Shown: positions 1 to 10,893 of the stretch, one piece after another
Numbering within the stretch: position 1 is the first letter of the stretch
How the letters are laid out: each line of letters begins with the position of its first letter
IMG/VR virus record: IMGVR_UViG_3300021197_001787
Location: 64,001-128,000 of that record
DNA from: a virus
Strand: one strand, 5' to 3'
DNA: 64,000 nucleotides
Notes under the pieces: generated by a model
The model's database searches: none
The model's input: the letters and a program-made list of their open reading frames with translations, nothing else
Told to the model about the DNA's origin: nothing
Translations under genes and position numbers: made by a program

Positions 1-1473
1 CGCCATCTCCAATAGTGGTAACATTATAGCTTGATCATAAGCAACTTTGTAGTATCCTTCTTCATTTTTTAAATCATCGTGGTCTATCTCTTTCCACAAT
101 TTATGTTTAAATGTTCTAAGATGTGAAGCGCGCCATTGATCGCTTCTAAATGAATTGTTTTTAATTACGTCTTCGGGATATTGAGAAGGTTCAACACCTT
201 TATTGCCATGAGGGGCGTATACATAACTACCATATGTCATTAAGCAATCTTGCGAATTATATACTTTTTCTAAATGACTTAAAGTTTTGTTAGACGGCAA
301 CCAGTCATCTCCATCTAATAATATAATAATGTCTTCATCATCAATATCTTCAATATTTTGTATTGTTTCAGCGATATTGCCCAAAGCATATTTCTTATCA
401 ATATTTTGAATTAGTTTAAAGCGGTCGTCACTAACAGTTGATAATGCAGCTATATTCGCACTGCGATCATCAGAACAATCGTCAATCATATAACAATTAA
501 AATTTTTATTGTTTTGCCTTTTTAGGCTATAGATTGTACGACCAATAAACCCCTCAGTATTAAAGAAAGGGGTAATAATTCTAAATGTTTGTGTGGGTGC
601 CTGTACATCAGTTTTAGGAGTTTCACAATTCCATATTTCTTCGGTCATTTCCCAAAATATGTCTGGCCTTTCATACATATATTCGATTGTGCTCTCTTCG
701 GTCTCAAACCATGGCTCATCTTTGTGTTGTACATTGTCATTAAGGATTAAATCACAACCTAATATTTTTGCTTCTATCGTAAACCGTGGACATGTATCAC
801 CGCCTTTTGGCAAAAAGATGATTCCTTTAGAAACTGCTAATTTTTTGAGTACCTCTTTATATTCAAGACCACCAACTAACTCATACTCTAAGTTATTACG
901 TTGTGCATAGAAAACACAGTCTTGAGTACCCTTAATCCAGGATTGAGAATTGATAATAAGATATTTATTATTCTTTTCCATATTTCTAAGACTGTTAATA
1001 TAATTCAAAGTCTCGTGTGTAAACAAAGAACTTAAAACGTTATTATTTGCTTTCTCAAGAAACGGAAAATTGTCAAGATATCTTTGTTTTTGATTAGCAC
1101 TCATCCACATTACAGATTTTGCATGCATCATAAACATCGCCACTGCTTTTGCAAGTTGTTTTTCTTTGCAATCACATACTCCTTCTTCTGCTATGTGTTT
1201 TTCAGGAGAACGATATTTACAAAATTTATAATCGTATTCAATGACTGAATACGACAAGTTTTTGATTGCATATACCAAACAATCCAGCGACACTTCTGTG
1301 AAGTTGCCAAAAATCCAGAATGCATTTGGATACTGTGACATTATTTCAACTGTCAAAAATCTTGAATTTATTTGAGCTACTGGCATTAAGCTAGTTTCAA
1401 TCAAGGCCTGAGTTGATAGTTCTCCGCCACCTACATAATCTTTGACAAATAAGTCAGAGACGAATACAATCAT
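1..1473 (-). CDS. Glycosyltransferase, GT-B-like N-terminal part fused to GT2 (GT-A) domain; runs off the window edge
   Basis: Not in ORF track. ATG at 1473 (TAATG overlap with upstream gene), open to position 1. N-term MIVFVSDLF..GGGELS; GT2 motifs FRIITPFFN, IDDCSDD, LLDGDDW. Confidence 0.8.
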   Translation of the reverse strand, partial: MIVFVSDLFVKDYVGGGELSTQALIETSLMPVAQINSRFLTVEIMSQYPNAFWIFGNFTEVSLDCLVYAIKNLSYSVIEYDYKFCKYRSPEKHIAEEGVCDCKEKQLAKAVAMFMMHAKSVMWMSANQKQRYLDNFPFLEKANNNVLSSLFTHETLNYINSLRNMEKNNKYLIINSQSWIKGTQDCVFYAQRNNLEYELVGGLEYKEVLKKLAVSKGIIFLPKGGDTCPRFTIEAKILGCDLILNDNVQHKDEPWFETEESTIEYMYERPDIFWEMTEEIWNCETPKTDVQAPTQTFRIITPFFNTEGFIGRTIYSLKRQNNKNFNCYMIDDCSDDRSANIAALSTVSDDRFKLIQNIDKKYALGNIAETIQNIEDIDDEDIIILLDGDDWLPSNKTLSHLEKVYNSQDCLMTYGSYVYAPHGNKGVEPSQYPEDVIKNNSFRSDQWRASHLRTFKHKLWKEIDHDDLKNEEGYYKVAYDQAIMLPLLEMA

Positions 1474-2726
1474 TACAGAGCCTCAGCAAACAACTTCTCA
1501 ATTTCATCCATATCATTAACAATAGTTTGTGATGGCGCTTGAGAATGTACGAGGTCCACAAATTTACTGTACATTTTTTCTTTACTAAACCTTTCTTTGA
1601 GTTCTGCAGCATATTTTTGCGTGTCATAACCTTCTCCGGAAAGAATATCATTGTAACAATTTCTCATTTGTTCTTTTGCAGAAGTTTCCCTAGGGTATGC
1701 CCATGAAGATTCTTTAATCAATACTTTTTCCCACACAACTTCGTCAGGAATTTTATTAATATCAAAGGATACATTATAGAACTGGTCGTTACCAGACTCA
1801 TCACATAAGAAATCTAATTGTCCGGACCACCCTGTGCAAACAACTGGCAAACCTGAGTAAGCAGCTTCAAAAAGTGGCAATCCAAAACCCTCTCCATGTG
1901 GAAACGCTATCATAGCTTTAATATTTGGATTTTTATAAAGGCCATGCATTTCTGTTTCAGTCATATCTCCATGAATTAAATAAATTTTGCATTTCTTTTC
2001 CGGGTATGTGGCGTTAATTTGGTCCTTCAAACGACGGTACATATGTTCACGATCAATAACTGAATTTTTAGCTATATTAGTCTTTACCACTAAGCCAACC
2101 TCATCATTGTGAAATTCTTCAATGAACCATTTAACTGTATTGGCCATATTTTTTCTCGGGCCCCACTGAGCCACAACCAAAAAGTTTGTATCATACTCAA
2201 GATTAAGATTTAAAGGCTCAACATCATCGTATTCCTTTACAGCATAATTTACAAAATCAATTGGCTTTTCAAGTTTAAGATGAGCAGGTTGTCCATTGAT
2301 CTCACCTGAATATGTTGTTTCTTTGAAAGCTGTAGTTGAAAAACTTGATACAACAATAAGCGAATTAACAACTTGGTTGATAGCTTGTAACCATTCTGCA
2401 GCTACTAATGTGCTTTCAATACCAGCAGTATAACCAATATTGATTGTAGCCATATCTTCAAATTCATTAGGAATGGTTACTTGTAGTGACATGTCAAATT
2501 TGCCACCTTGCTGTATAAAACCAATAGTCTTTTCAATAGTATTATCAATCCATTGTCTTTGTTCGCTTTGCTCTGAGATCCATGATGTTTTTCCCCATTG
2601 TAATGGTTGAATATAGATGTCAAACAAATCTTCTCGCGAGCGTAAGGCTTCTAAAGCAAATCGTGATTGTTCGCCATAACCACTTCTTGTAAGGACGGGG
2701 CCCTTAATTAATATTTTCTGTTTCAT
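1473..2726 (-). CDS. GT4-family glycosyltransferase
   Basis: SGYGEQSR, HGEGFGLPLFEA, TGWSGQLDF; start placed at MKQK (ATGA overlap). Confidence 0.85.
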   Translation of the reverse strand: MKQKILIKGPVLTRSGYGEQSRFALEALRSREDLFDIYIQPLQWGKTSWISEQSEQRQWIDNTIEKTIGFIQQGGKFDMSLQVTIPNEFEDMATINIGYTAGIESTLVAAEWLQAINQVVNSLIVVSSFSTTAFKETTYSGEINGQPAHLKLEKPIDFVNYAVKEYDDVEPLNLNLEYDTNFLVVAQWGPRKNMANTVKWFIEEFHNDEVGLVVKTNIAKNSVIDREHMYRRLKDQINATYPEKKCKIYLIHGDMTETEMHGLYKNPNIKAMIAFPHGEGFGLPLFEAAYSGLPVVCTGWSGQLDFLCDESGNDQFYNVSFDINKIPDEVVWEKVLIKESSWAYPRETSAKEQMRNCYNDILSGEGYDTQKYAAELKERFSKEKMYSKFVDLVHSQAPSQTIVNDMDEIEKLFAEAL

Positions 2727-4003
2727 GCTACCTCCATAAAGTGCCACGAATCGTAATTCTTTCTTGTTTCCCAAGAACCGTTTTTCTCAATAAAATCATC
2801 CATTATATTAACCCAACTTTTTTCATAAGTTTCAAAGTTGTAGTTATCTAAAATATGTTGTCTTCCAGCAACAGCCATGACATCATAACGTTTTTTGGGT
2901 AGTTTTATAGCTTTACTTAACATTTTTTCAAAATCTTGCTGGCTAATTCTGTCTTCATAAATGTAAGGTACTTGTAAAGAACCAATAACCGATTTACTTG
3001 AAGGTTGTATACCCCATCCGAACCACTCTTCACCATTGGTGACTTGTTCTTGTAAACCACCTGTCATATTAACAATGATGGGGCTTCCACAAGCTAAAGA
3101 TTCTAAAGTTGCAAGGCCAAAGCCCTCAGCATCTGAGATATTAATGGTATAATCACAAGCACGATAGTAATCAGCCAATTGTTCTGGGGAGACTTTATTG
3201 GTCGATAGCATAACTTGACCATCGGTAAGTCCCAAATGTTCAATTATATGGGGTAAATCTTGGCCATGTGGGTCTTGGGCGTCTGTATGCATGAGCAAAG
3301 AAGCCTTATCGTGGCCCACTTGGTCTAACCATTCTTTAAACCACCAAATAATTGTACCTGATTGCTTTCGTCGGGCATTGCGATTATTCCAAAAGAACAC
3401 CTTTTTCTTTGGGTTGTCCATACTGGACATATCGTCAATTGCTTTTCTAACTTCTTTAACTTGTTTTATTTCTTCAGGTGTTGTTGCTGGTTTAAAAATA
3501 TTTGAGTGCACCGCATGTGGTAAATAACAAGAGTCAACATCTGGTGCCACAGTCTGCAAAATTTTGTAAGTCACTTTTGAAATACAGACAACTTTATCAT
3601 TTGATCTGTAGTATTTTCCATTAAAATATGGAGGTGGGAAATTATCCCAAACATGATAGTATATCATTGGTACATTTGCGCGCACTTCGTTTTCAATTTC
3701 CCATAGCCACTCATAGAACCTAGGGTCAGTCATAAACCAGATTACATCCGGCTTTTCTTTTTGTAAAATACCACGAATCATTTCTTGATTGCCATAACCA
3801 TCAACTGGGTGAATAACCCAATCATCACCATGGCCCTCAACTTTTACAGGGCGATAGTCATTATGCTTAATAGCCCCACCCAAACAAATGAACTTATAAC
3901 GTCCACTTTTGAGTAGGGCCTCAATCATATATTTTGTTTGAGTGCCAACGCCGGAAGGCGAGAGCGGGTGGTCTGATAAGACCAAGATTTTCTTTTTTGT
4001 CAT
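2723..4003 (-). CDS. GT4-family glycosyltransferase
   Basis: SGVGTQT, NRNARRK, DAEGFGLATLESLACG..TGGLQEQ. Confidence 0.85.
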   Translation of the reverse strand: MTKKKILVLSDHPLSPSGVGTQTKYMIEALLKSGRYKFICLGGAIKHNDYRPVKVEGHGDDWVIHPVDGYGNQEMIRGILQKEKPDVIWFMTDPRFYEWLWEIENEVRANVPMIYYHVWDNFPPPYFNGKYYRSNDKVVCISKVTYKILQTVAPDVDSCYLPHAVHSNIFKPATTPEEIKQVKEVRKAIDDMSSMDNPKKKVFFWNNRNARRKQSGTIIWWFKEWLDQVGHDKASLLMHTDAQDPHGQDLPHIIEHLGLTDGQVMLSTNKVSPEQLADYYRACDYTINISDAEGFGLATLESLACGSPIIVNMTGGLQEQVTNGEEWFGWGIQPSSKSVIGSLQVPYIYEDRISQQDFEKMLSKAIKLPKKRYDVMAVAGRQHILDNYNFETYEKSWVNIMDDFIEKNGSWETRKNYDSWHFMEVA

Positions 4004-4010
4004 TTATACC

Positions 4011-4781
4011 TCATGGACAATGTTCAGTTTTATAAAACTTGCATCCGTAGCCACCGGTGCAAGACAAACGGTTTTTAATGTACCGTTTATTTTTGATATT
4101 ATATAACGCCGTGTTTAAAAGTTTAAGCGCATTTTTAGTTTTTATGTTTCCACTGGTTACTCTAAAGAACTCTACATTGTTATTTTTCGCTGTACGCTTA
4201 AGCAATGCGAAGTGAGTTTCTACGTTTTTTGGGTCAATATTCATTTTTTGACAAAAGTAATGTTTATATAATGTAAGTTGGTAAGTTACCATTTTATCAG
4301 AGCGTTTTTTAGAATCCCATCCCCAAGAGCATGTCTTCCAATCAAAGATATGAATTTTCCCATCAGGAGTAGAAACAACAGCATCGATATAACCTTTAAA
4401 TTTATAGTCTTCTTCGTTTTCAATGTCTTCCATCAAAGGCATTTCAACTGCCAATACTTCGTACTCTTCAAAATATTCAGTGAGACCGGTCTGAATCTCT
4501 GGGATTATATGCTTTCCTTGGCCAACCATATCGAGAACTAATTTTTTATTAATATCTATGTCTTCTGGTAACTCCGCAATATTGTTTTTTAATTCTTTTA
4601 CAAAGAAGTCATTATCTACTTCTTCTTTCAGAAGCTTCTTTTCACATACAGAGTGCATAGCAGAGCCAAATGCAGTGTATTCGTTGCCTTTGAAACCATC
4701 AATTTTATCAACGCGCGTTAACTTGTGATAAAAAGAACAAAAATTCCAATCTTTTAATTCAGAATAAGATATATGTGACAT
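4011..4781 (-). CDS. PD-(D/E)XK (RecB/Cas4-like) nuclease
   Basis: ISYSELK, FGSAMH, VEMPL, GYIDAV, IFDWKT, YQLTLY, C-terminal Cys cluster. Confidence 0.8.
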   Translation of the reverse strand: MSHISYSELKDWNFCSFYHKLTRVDKIDGFKGNEYTAFGSAMHSVCEKKLLKEEVDNDFFVKELKNNIAELPEDIDINKKLVLDMVGQGKHIIPEIQTGLTEYFEEYEVLAVEMPLMEDIENEEDYKFKGYIDAVVSTPDGKIHIFDWKTCSWGWDSKKRSDKMVTYQLTLYKHYFCQKMNIDPKNVETHFALLKRTAKNNNVEFFRVTSGNIKTKNALKLLNTALYNIKNKRYIKNRLSCTGGYGCKFYKTEHCP

Positions 4782-4817
4782 AATGAACCCGTTTTCTATA
4801 AAATAACATGTATTTTA

Positions 4818-5516
4818 TTAGTTGTCAAGCGCTTCAACGTTATTAATTTTTTCAAGTTTATTATACAGGGCCGGCGCTATTTTTTTTAAAAATCCATGCT
4901 CATTGGGATTTAAATAAAATTCAGTAAAAGCAGTCGCAAAATATTCTCTTAAGGATGTGGGAGCGTATGGGCTGATAAAGATTCCTGATACTATCTTGGA
5001 CAATTTTTCGTATCCTACGTCTTTTAACAAAAATTGATCAAAATCAAAATCATACTCAGGATTCATAAACAGTTTTTTTGGTGCCTTGAAACCAGCTGAC
5101 CATAATAAATTATAAAGATGTTCTCTTTTAGCTAAAAATTCATTCTTAATTTTTGCATCTGCATATATTTCCTGCCCATACGCGACTTCAACAGCGTGCG
5201 CTGTCTCGTGAATCATATCATCAAGTAGATCTGACTCGTTCATATGTAAATTAGTAATATGTAAAGCACCGTCTTTGTAAAAAGCATTTATGTTACGCTC
5301 TTCAAATTCGTCAAAATGACCAATAATAATCATTTCAATTTCGCTCAATAGCTGTGTGGGTATTAATGACTCAAGTTTTGAAACAGCCATCTCAACATCT
5401 ACAGTATCGCTTACTAAACGATCTTTAAAATAAACATGGATCCCAGTTGAAGTATAAAAATTACTTACTTGTTCTTCAATTTTCTTTTGATTTTGCTGGA
5501 TATATTCCTTGAGCAT
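4818..5516 (-). CDS. Putative HExxH zinc metallopeptidase (ATLF/Pro-Pro-like)
   Basis: HETAH plus downstream YAPTSLREYFA. Confidence 0.5.
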   Translation of the reverse strand: MLKEYIQQNQKKIEEQVSNFYTSTGIHVYFKDRLVSDTVDVEMAVSKLESLIPTQLLSEIEMIIIGHFDEFEERNINAFYKDGALHITNLHMNESDLLDDMIHETAHAVEVAYGQEIYADAKIKNEFLAKREHLYNLLWSAGFKAPKKLFMNPEYDFDFDQFLLKDVGYEKLSKIVSGIFISPYAPTSLREYFATAFTEFYLNPNEHGFLKKIAPALYNKLEKINNVEALDN

Positions 5517-5760
5517 CGTCTAATCCTTGTTGATAGCCTCTTAAAAAGTTTTCTTCTGCAAATGCATAGGCAAATTCTGGAAAGTCTGCAGCTATAACTT
5601 CTGCTATCATGTGGACAGTTACATCTTCCTTGTCTAGTTTGGTTCCCACATATTCAACAAGGTATTCTTTTAAATGTGTGTCCCCACTCACCCTCATTGA
5701 TAGAAGAGGATTAGTGTGAACATCTTTTTCAGTTATTGTATTGGTATCTTTTTCAGACAT
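5476..5760 (-). CDS. Hypothetical protein
   Basis: ORF in operon with RBS. Confidence 0.6.
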   Translation of the reverse strand: MSEKDTNTITEKDVHTNPLLSMRVSGDTHLKEYLVEYVGTKLDKEDVTVHMIAEVIAADFPEFAYAFAEENFLRGYQQGLDDAQGIYPAKSKEN

Positions 5761-5807
5761 AGTTTTTCTCCTTTAACTAATATAACTTAAAAATAAGCTT
5801 TTGTTAA

Positions 5808-7142
5808 CTATAAAACTTTAGACGCCAAAGTAGCAAGTTCGGAACGCTCGCCTTTTCGGAAAGTTACATGGCCAGAGATATGATAGTCCTTAAAACTTTC
5901 TACGGCGTGAGCGAGTCCATTTGATGTCTCATTCACATATACATTATCAATTTGCTCAATATCGCCAGTCAATACAATTTTTGTTCCTTCTCCAATGCGT
6001 GTAATAATCGTTTTTATTTCATGCTTTGTCAAGTTTTGAGCTTCATCGATAACAATGAAGGCATTTGCGATAGAGCGGCCGCGGATGTAAGTTAAAGCTT
6101 CTAACTCAATCTTACCTTTTTCCATATACATCTCAAGTGAAGTTCTGTCGCCCATTAAAAACTTAAGATTGTCTTGAATAGGCATCAGCCATGGGAGCAT
6201 TTTTTCTTCCATGGTACCCGGCAGAAATCCAATGTCTTTGCCGAGAGGTTGAACTGGCCTGGATACAATAAGACGTGAGTAATGGTTATTTTCGGTTCGC
6301 AAACCAATAGTCTGCTGTAGACCGGCTGCGATAGCCATAAGTGTTTTTCCCGAGCCGGCGCGCCCAATCAAAGAAACAATCTTAATGTTAGGATCCAACA
6401 GCATATCAATTGCGAAGGCCTGTTCCTTGTTCCTTGCGTCTATGTTCCAATCGGGGATACTCTTATGCACTACCTTCTGTAATGGCGTGAAGTGGTCTTT
6501 AAAGCGCGCTAACGCTGATTTCTTTTCATTAGCATTAGAAACCATCATGACATATTGATTAGGACACCATTTATGGTCGACCTCATCTTCAAGAATAGTT
6601 ATGTCTTCACCGGAATAATAACGGTCAATGATTTGTTCATCAACAGGTTGTACTACAAACCCATTATATAGCTCATCTGTGTTTCTTACGGCTTTTTCTG
6701 ATACGTAATCTTCTGCTGGTATACCAATAGAATCACATATTACTCTCATGTTGATGTCACGAGAGACCATAATGGTTTTTCTGTTATTACTATTTTGCTG
6801 CACAGCCATGGCAGTTGCTATTATTGTATGATCTGGGTGGCGGATGTCTAAATCGGGCGGGAATATAACATTATTTAAAGATGAATAAGAAATAACTTTT
6901 AATATTCCCAGACCTTTATCAATCCTAATACCTTTTTCGAGATTGCCGCGGGAGCGCAATTCATCTAATGTACGTATAAATTGCCTAGCATTGGAGCCAA
7001 CCGAATCTTGTCTCTTTTTATGCCCATCTACTTCTTCTAAAACTTTTAGTGGGATAAAAATATCATGATTTTCAAATTTGTATATTGAGCCGGCGTCTGT
7101 AAGATACACGCTAGTATCAAGTACATAATTCTTTTTAGCCAT
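5808..7142 (-). CDS. phoH: PIN-domain PhoH-like ATPase (PhoH2/YlaK type)
   Basis: YVLDTSV PIN start; GRAGSGKT, GFLPG, YIRGRS, IDEAQNL, LTGDIEQID. Confidence 0.92.
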   Translation of the reverse strand: MAKKNYVLDTSVYLTDAGSIYKFENHDIFIPLKVLEEVDGHKKRQDSVGSNARQFIRTLDELRSRGNLEKGIRIDKGLGILKVISYSSLNNVIFPPDLDIRHPDHTIIATAMAVQQNSNNRKTIMVSRDINMRVICDSIGIPAEDYVSEKAVRNTDELYNGFVVQPVDEQIIDRYYSGEDITILEDEVDHKWCPNQYVMMVSNANEKKSALARFKDHFTPLQKVVHKSIPDWNIDARNKEQAFAIDMLLDPNIKIVSLIGRAGSGKTLMAIAAGLQQTIGLRTENNHYSRLIVSRPVQPLGKDIGFLPGTMEEKMLPWLMPIQDNLKFLMGDRTSLEMYMEKGKIELEALTYIRGRSIANAFIVIDEAQNLTKHEIKTIITRIGEGTKIVLTGDIEQIDNVYVNETSNGLAHAVESFKDYHISGHVTFRKGERSELATLASKVL

Positions 7143-7187
7143 AGAGTCTGATTAATAACCTTTCTTTATATAGTGTTTAGAAAACAT

Positions 7188-7442
7188 TTATTGTCCGTTT
7201 ACTATTTGCCAATCAGCTATAAAAACTATTGGTTTTTCATCTTTTTTATATGGTACACCACATTTACGTAATTTTTCAACATCTTTTTGTTTATAAATTT
7301 GTGCTTCCCAACCATTTACACCTAATTTAAGTTCAGAATCGTGTGCTATATACCTTTTTTTCAATAGAACACTAACGTATGGGCCGGCAAAAGATTTAAC
7401 CGAGACTCTATCATTTTGGTGATATGTTTTTTTGAAATTCAT
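7188..7442 (-). CDS. Hypothetical protein
   Basis: ORF track, strand-consistent. Confidence 0.55.
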   Translation of the reverse strand: MNFKKTYHQNDRVSVKSFAGPYVSVLLKKRYIAHDSELKLGVNGWEAQIYKQKDVEKLRKCGVPYKKDEKPIVFIADWQIVNGQ

Positions 7443-7569
7443 GAATTCTATCTGCGGAGTTGATTGTTTTTGGAAATAACATAATCCTAAAACAGAAAAA
7501 AGCAGCCAAGAACATTACTAAAAAAAGTATTGTTAACTCGGCCACCGTTTCCACACTAATAAATAGTAT

Positions 7570-8040
7570 CTATTCTATATTGAGTGTTCCAAGTGGTGTC
7601 TCAACTACTACATCCCAACCAATTAAACAAGGCTGAGCGCTGATTAAATTTGAATATGGGATCTCTACTTCTGTTGATAACGTACAGAATCCTCTTTTGT
7701 GATCATATTTTTCAGTTGAAGCTTCAATGAAACTAAAATCATAAAAGTTTTCTTGGATAGTTTCTGAAAGAAAATCACTGAATGTATAATCTCTCTCATA
7801 TTCTTCTAGAAAACCTGAATCTCTCAATTCATTTAGAATATCTTCGCCCCATCTTGTTTGAGCACGAAGGCCAGGGGTCGCGATTAACTCACTAAACCTA
7901 TTAATAACATCAGTCTCTGACATTGCTGTCTCAACTTCTGTTTCGTTGTGTACAAACACATCAGTTCCTTCACTGTAACGTAAGCTAATCGTAGCATCAC
8001 TGTTTAAATCAAGACCCTGTAATTTTTTATAAATGGACAT
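7570..8040 (-). CDS. Hypothetical protein
   Basis: ORF with GGAGG RBS. Confidence 0.65.
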   Translation of the reverse strand: MSIYKKLQGLDLNSDATISLRYSEGTDVFVHNETEVETAMSETDVINRFSELIATPGLRAQTRWGEDILNELRDSGFLEEYERDYTFSDFLSETIQENFYDFSFIEASTEKYDHKRGFCTLSTEVEIPYSNLISAQPCLIGWDVVVETPLGTLNIE

Positions 8041-8049
8041 TATACCTCC

Positions 8050-8586
8050 TTAGTACCATAAATAATCTTTCCAGATTTGTTGTATATTTGACTTTGAGTC
8101 AAAAAAACTATTTTTAGGCTTTCTAGGCGTTTTCATTAAAGTCATGCCAGCCTCGTCGGGTGTTTTATTACCTTTTTTTTGATTGCACTTCTTACATGCA
8201 GCAACTATGTTTGTCCATATTTTATCCCCGCCTCTTGACTTCGGTAATATATGGTCAAGTGTTAATTCTTTATCGCCAAATGATTTCTCACAATACTGAC
8301 ATATATGATTGTCCCTAACAAAAATACTTTTTCTATTACAGTGTAAAGAATTAAACCTAAATTTTATCACACGACATAAAACAATGACAGAAGGAATTTT
8401 AAATATTTTACTTGGTGAATGTATAAATTTGTCATATGTCTCAATTGTTCTAGCTTTTCCTATCAAACACATAACCAGAGCCTCGGTTCCACTGATAATC
8501 TCAATTGGCCGATAGGCTGCATCTAATTTAAGTGTTTTATATTCAAATGGGTTAGACATATTATTATTTTCTATATTTGTACTCAT
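8050..8586 (-). CDS. HNH endonuclease (McrA-like)
   Basis: RDNHICQYC, TLDHILPKSRGG, NIVAACKKCNQKKG. Confidence 0.9.
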   Translation of the reverse strand: MSTNIENNNMSNPFEYKTLKLDAAYRPIEIISGTEALVMCLIGKARTIETYDKFIHSPSKIFKIPSVIVLCRVIKFRFNSLHCNRKSIFVRDNHICQYCEKSFGDKELTLDHILPKSRGGDKIWTNIVAACKKCNQKKGNKTPDEAGMTLMKTPRKPKNSFFDSKSNIQQIWKDYLWY

Positions 8587-8617
8587 AACATAATTCTTTT
8601 TTTGTTTACTGTCAACC

Positions 8618-9103
8618 CTATTTTTTTGATTTGCCGGACAACCTCCTGTTCGGACCTAAAACATTAACAACATTTTTTACTAATTCTGATGAAGCTGCTA
8701 CTTTTTCATCACCGCCAATACTCCAGAGCATTTTAATACCCATCTCATCACATACATTTTGTTCTGGTGTATTGTGTTTTCCACGATCACCACCGTTTGC
8801 AAAGTATGTAGGCTTGAGGCGCCTTATGGCCTCACAAACTGTACCATCTGAATCATCAACCGAATCGACAAGCACTACTCCTTTAATAGAATTTAAGATC
8901 TCTGCTCGTTGTACAAAATCCATAAATACAAATCCTTTTTTATCATGTAGCCACGCGTCAGAGTTTGCAATTACTATCACATCTCCGTGTTTTGCAGCTG
9001 CGCGGATCATTCTTATGTGGCCGGCGTGAACAGGGTCAAAGCCCCCAGAAACCATAATTGTTGGCTTTTCGCCATTATCAAACATATTATTGTGTATTGT
9101 CAT
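8618..9103 (-). CDS. HIGH-family cytidylyltransferase-like protein (RfaE-II/TagD type)
   Basis: SGGFDPVHAGH, FANGGDR, SSS. Confidence 0.85.
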   Translation of the reverse strand: MTIHNNMFDNGEKPTIMVSGGFDPVHAGHIRMIRAAAKHGDVIVIANSDAWLHDKKGFVFMDFVQRAEILNSIKGVVLVDSVDDSDGTVCEAIRRLKPTYFANGGDRGKHNTPEQNVCDEMGIKMLWSIGGDEKVAASSELVKNVVNVLGPNRRLSGKSKK

Positions 9104-9155
9104 TACAACTCCTATTTGATATTAATTATAACACAAACATAAGAAAAGTTAAATT

Positions 9156-10184
9156 TTATGTTCCGGTGTCAGGTTCAATATAACGGTATCCTATTTCAAC
9201 TAATTCACCAGCACTTGGAAGTGTGCTAAAATACACAGTGTTTTCGGATTCCACATAATACCAATCATAGTTTAAAGCACCGTTAATAAATACTCTTATA
9301 GAGTCCACTTCAGCTTTATGAGTAAGCTTTACTTTTTCAATCGGTTCAATTGAATGGGTGGCATCAGTGACACCAGGCGACCAATCCTCATCACATATAT
9401 CAACTATCACACCACCAATTAAGCTTGTGGCTTCCATATAACGATCACCCACATCTATTGGATTTGGTGGAAAGTCACAAAGAGTATATTCGGCTTCTAC
9501 GTTTATTATGCTGGCCATGAATACAGAGCCCATTCTTAAAGAACCATACCAACTTAAAAAGTCCGACACGGCTGGGTATTCTACATGACTTTGTTCTTCT
9601 TCATCTGAAACAAATACTACCAGTAATCCAGCATCCGGTCGCATCCACGTTGAAGAATACGGATTATGATTGATATAATCGTATACTGAATTAAAACCCT
9701 CTTCATACGGAGCCGAAACAAGAGTTGCTAGCATAGCTGCAGCATCATCAATGTCATCACCCGGCACTAAAGGAAATTCTGTGCTAAGGACAGATTTACG
9801 CGCGTCGGCGCTAATCATTACTAAGCGCCAGTCAGCGGTAGGAAGTGCTAGCAACATAGCCTCAACGCCGGCTAGAAGTTCAGCATTAAAACGATTCATA
9901 GAGCCAGAGCGGTCAACGACCCACAAAATATCAATTCCATCAATTGACATATGCTGAGTAAACGAATCAATCCATATCTCTCCTTCGTTTACTGGCACTT
10001 CCACTTCAATATAGACTGGTACTTCAACTTCTATTTCTTCAGCAACAGTGACTGTCTCTGTAACTGTTTCTGTGACTACAACCGTTTCAGTTTTACCGCC
10101 AGTCACTACTGCATAGTCTTGCGTACATCCAGCCATAAGACTAGACGCCAACAAAAGCAGTCTTTTGATAGTTTTGAGTGCCAT
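9156..10184 (-). CDS. vWA-domain lipoprotein-like protein
   Basis: Signal ending MAGC; DILWVVDRSGSM MIDAS; VFVSDEEEQS. Confidence 0.7.
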   Translation of the reverse strand: MALKTIKRLLLLASSLMAGCTQDYAVVTGGKTETVVVTETVTETVTVAEEIEVEVPVYIEVEVPVNEGEIWIDSFTQHMSIDGIDILWVVDRSGSMNRFNAELLAGVEAMLLALPTADWRLVMISADARKSVLSTEFPLVPGDDIDDAAAMLATLVSAPYEEGFNSVYDYINHNPYSSTWMRPDAGLLVVFVSDEEEQSHVEYPAVSDFLSWYGSLRMGSVFMASIINVEAEYTLCDFPPNPIDVGDRYMEATSLIGGVIVDICDEDWSPGVTDATHSIEPIEKVKLTHKAEVDSIRVFINGALNYDWYYVESENTVYFSTLPSAGELVEIGYRYIEPDTGT

Positions 10185-10189
10185 CCCTA

Positions 10190-10399
10190 CTAATACGTAG
10201 GTTCAGGTATCGGAAAAAGTTTATGTTCACTAACTTTTTTTATTTTACCTTCGCCATCAATGAAGATTTCATAATCATAAAAGTCGTCTCTCGGCAATAT
10301 GTTTAAAATCACAGCCATTTTTTTTATTTTTGCCAATGATTCTATTTCGTCGTTGGGAAAGGGTATATAAATTACCCATTGGTCTACTTTGTACTTCAT
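10190..10399 (-). CDS. Small SH3-like family protein (divergent)
   Basis: YKVDQWV..AVILNI..YEIF..KLFPI pattern. Confidence 0.5.
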   Translation of the reverse strand: MKYKVDQWVIYIPFPNDEIESLAKIKKMAVILNILPRDDFYDYEIFIDGEGKIKKVSEHKLFPIPEPTY

Positions 10400-10893
10400 T
10401 TGTAATTTGGCTTGTAATTTTTCAAAACATCATACAGTTTGCCGGGTGAAAGATTTGGTGTTCTATAAATATACAAATCATCCCACATTACTATTCTAGC
10501 TTTAACAAGAGCATGGCCTATCCATTCAGAACAATACCATTTATCTCTATGTTTAATTAAATATGGAAATATTTGTGAACAAATCATGCCGACCCAGTCG
10601 TATTTAGCTCCGTTAGTCTCACTTATAAAGCTATTTAGTTGCTTAAGCTGATAATCTCGTACCGGTTTTCTCCAACTTAATTCAAAACTTAAAAAATCCC
10701 AATCTTGTAAATTTTTTACATCATAAACGGAGCGCGCTGAAACTTTACCTGTTAGTACAGGTGAAATACTAATCCAAGTTATTTTATTAGGCAATATTAA
10801 TTCAGCATGACTATACTTGCTTTTTGTCCACCAGCGCACAATTTTATTAATCCAATTGCCACCGCCTTTATAAAAAGCAATTTTTATAATCAT
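10396..10893 (-). CDS. Permuted papain-like (YiiX/NlpC-P60 permuted) enzyme
   Basis: YSHAEL, GAKYDW, WYCSEW. Confidence 0.7.
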   Translation of the reverse strand: MIIKIAFYKGGGNWINKIVRWWTKSKYSHAELILPNKITWISISPVLTGKVSARSVYDVKNLQDWDFLSFELSWRKPVRDYQLKQLNSFISETNGAKYDWVGMICSQIFPYLIKHRDKWYCSEWIGHALVKARIVMWDDLYIYRTPNLSPGKLYDVLKNYKPNYK

